The notes under the pieces are model-generated. The model ran no database searches, had not been told where the DNA came from, and saw nothing but the letters and a program-made list of their open reading frames with translations. The position numbers and the translations under genes were made by a program. Of a stretch of 64,000 nt of DNA, positions 61,501-64,000 are shown in pieces. Source of the stretch: Oopsacas minuta. Taxonomy: Eukaryota; Animalia; Porifera. The stretch is taken from positions 186,001 to 250,000 of the forward strand of contig JAKMXF010000322.1 in the NCBI GenBank assembly GCA_024704765.1, written 5' to 3'. Every line of letters starts with the position of its first letter. The first letter of the stretch is position 1.

Positions 61501-64000
61501 GACACTTTGCTCAGAGCGGTCCCTTCCAGATCGACCCCTCTAGCGGAGAGGTTACTCTAGCGATAGATCTTCCCTCTGATCCTCTGTCCTACACTACAAC
61601 CTTAGCTGTAGAGGATAGATTAAGCCCAGTAGCTACGCATCTCACTGGCACAGCGCAACTTACTGTGATTATCGGGGAACTACTCCCTATTGACTTTGAA
61701 GTGTCAAATGGATATATTGTACCTCCTCTATCTCGAACTACTGATACTGAATTCAACCAAGGTCAGTTATATACAACAAAATCGTAACATTTCATATTGA
61801 CATTATCCTTGAAAATGTCGACAAATTTACTGAACCGACTATAGTGGCTCAGTATTGAAATGCGTGCTTCAATGTCTCCATGATGATGCACAGCAAACTA
61901 TAATAGATTAAGGGCTGAAGCTTTCAGGGCACGAGGACAATTATCGTCTGGTGGGCACCAGGTGTACAATTCTTGATCTGACACAATTTGCCATTTGTTT
62001 ATATTATAATCTTGTAGATTTTTGGTTACCAACTGGACAAGACACTTACGCTCACACCGATCTCACTTTCTCAATCGGGAGCCTCACAAGCACGTCCACA
62101 TACACAATTAATCCCGGTGTTGCCACCCACTTAGAAAGTATCATAATCACCCAATGGGTGTCTGTCAACAATCGTGATGTACGTGTAGTTTTGCAGGCCG
62201 CAAACGATAATGATCAGACCAATATTGATCCCGCAACAATTCGAGTAGAAATTGATAGCCTAATAGACACTGTACCTTCAATTACAGGTGTTTGCACAGT
62301 CAGCATTCCATCTGGCATTTGTTCAATTGTTCTTACCTTCCCTGAAAGTTGGCTATCCTCTCTAACGGAGGATTATCCTTACGCTATCTTGGTATCAGCC
62401 CAATTATTTGATTCATTAACTATTCTCGGTCTTATTGATGCTCGTTATGAGGCTAGCTGTCCCTTCAATAACAATGTGTTCATCCACGTGCCGACATATT
62501 CGCAGTTTTCAGGTTCATATGTATATATCCCTGTATATGGCAGAGCAACTGAAGGCATCAATAGCTATAGTATTGAGTTTTGGGATAGTTACTTATTGGA
62601 ATTCGAAAGAGTTGAAAATTCAGAATATTTCATCTCAGAAGCAACTCTTGATTCTACCATTAGCGGTCATTTTTTCGTGTCAGGATCTACAACACGATTC
62701 CCTATACAAGAAGGGACCATGGATTTACTGTTTACGGTTGTGTTGAAAGTACTCTCTTACAGTGAATGTCGAGATGAAACTTTGACTGCTCAAGTTATCT
62801 TCCTATCAGATGGCCTACAACAATCTGTAAGTTTATATTCGTAAATATTTTGGCGGGGTTCCATGAGTGAAAAGTTAGGGGACGACAATCCCGATTGAAA
62901 TACTTTTATTTTTAATATTTCACACATTTTTTGATAGCTTAACTTACCAATTCTAGAATTTTCATAATTTATATGTGTTATCCTATATTTGCAAGGTTAT
63001 TGGCAATGGAGCTGCTGCAGTTCATTACCCAACCTGTGGGACTAGCAGTTCAATTCGTGTCTGCCCGGATGATTCCCTAATATTATTCCCATATCTAACA
63101 TCTACTACACTTATCAACACAGAGAATATCGGCATACCAACGTCACCAACTCGCATCTATCTAAAGTCTGCTCTAAAGAGTGGTAAAGTTGTTGATGCAA
63201 ACGCTACGAATTGTTTATCTAGTGCACCTGGTGTTGCTGACTTATCAGCTGACTGTAAATGGGTAAGTTATATTACTGTTACATATTCTACAGATTGTCA
63301 CAACAATTATATATATTCCTATTTAGCTTACTTTCTCGAAAGCTCACAGTCAAGGAGCAGATAACTTCTTGCTAACTATTGAACAAGATAGCTTAACCAC
63401 AAGCATAACATTGGATATATGGTACCCACGATCTGTTACATACACAGATCAAAAGCAGGACGCATTAATCACAGACCCAGGAGCACAAGGTCGTAAACTA
63501 GTGCAGGGATACAGCACGTCCACCTGTGGTCTTGGCTACCAATCGCCAGAAATCTACGTTACAGCCGAATTCTGTGACGGATCATTTCTGAGTTGTCCCC
63601 ATAGACAGAATCTAGACATATCCCAGCTAGTACAGGATAGTATTACTTCGGAAGACGCCAATATACTTGACACAGTCAATGTGGGAGCTAGCATATACCT
63701 AGAGGTTTATCAACAAGGAGAAACTGGATTAGAACTCACTAATAGTCCAACGCATCGCATAACATTGAGCACAACTGGTAGCGTGACAACACAGGTCACA
63801 GATTTGGACGTACGCTTCTTTACTTCAATACAATCACTGGCTCCTGATTCAACTAATGCTACATTACTCGAGGCTACTGTTCAGCTAGCTACAGACTTTA
63901 CTATCCCTTATACACAGGCTATTGTTGTAGTGGATGCTGTGTTTGATGACGGATCTCGCATGAATCTTCGACCCGAACATGGCTTGGTTCTGTCATCAAC
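40027..64000 (+). CDS. Giant multi-exon cadherin (~41 EC repeats) with a C-terminal TMEM132-like module (coherin-type); 3'-incomplete
   Basis: The signal-peptide exon 40027-40111 (RLFTLFLLISLFFPT) splices in phase to 40601-40671, 41166-41217, 41416-41537, 41657-41825 and onward. I counted 40 DxNDxxP-type linkers by eye, along with LDRE/DYE and ATDxD motifs, up to ~61670. The exons at 62018-62826, 62996-63262 and 63327-64000 are non-cadherin. I did not phase-check every internal junction. Confidence 0.92.
40508..40593. repeat. (ATT)n microsatellite directly before a cadherin splice acceptor
   Basis: A perfect ATT run ends a few bases before ctag|40601. Confidence 0.97.
46964..47179. mobile_element. 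Family A MITE, complete copy
   Basis: TA-CAGTAGATGCCGGTTATAA ... TTATAACTTGTATACACTG-TA, within a cadherin intron. Confidence 0.75.
54641..55012. mobile_element. 372-bp non-autonomous hAT element with a perfect 8-bp TSD
   Basis: CTGTTAAT|TAGGGCTTGAAATCCCGG ... CCGGGATTACAAGCCCTA|CTGTTAAT. The TIRs match at 17 of 18 bases, with subterminal atcccggga repeats. Confidence 0.92.
62018..64000 (+). other. TMEM132-like extracellular module (conserved region, cohesin domain and Ig-like domains) of the cadherin
   Basis: Motifs occur in TMEM132 order: CTVSIPSGICSIVLTFPESWL, NNVFIHVP...IPV, LINT...CLSSAPGVADLSADCKW, ITLDIWYPR, CGLGYQSPEIYVTAEF, LDISQLVQD, VTDLDVRFFTSI, AIVVVDAVFDDGS. The final exon 63327-64000 is open to the edge and missing from the ORF track. 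Confidence 0.8.

Overview
This is AT-rich eukaryotic animal genomic DNA with GT-AG introns. The compact gene spacing and a coherin-type cadherin suggest a non-bilaterian animal, probably a sponge (inference). I reassembled the spliced genes by hand. Left to right: a TRPM-like channel (minus strand, 2 exons), MetAP2 (6 exons), an intronless TRAM1-like gene, SARNP/Tho1, and a DH-PH-MORN RhoGEF. Next is Rab24 (8 exons), whose 17.45-kb first intron holds three intronless JNK/p38-like kinases that all lack the canonical TxY activation motif. Then come a 3-exon TMEM218 absent from the ORF track and a >24-kb giant cadherin gene. The cadherin has a signal peptide, about 41 cadherin repeats and a TMEM132-like (conserved-region/cohesin/Ig) module, and it runs off the right edge. 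Introns carry several Tc1/pogo- and hAT-type MITE families, including an 892-bp near-perfect foldback element and a hAT element with a perfect 8-bp TSD, plus TTTG and ATT microsatellites. RFX X-box-like motifs recur across the window. Family assignments rest on remembered motifs, not database searches.
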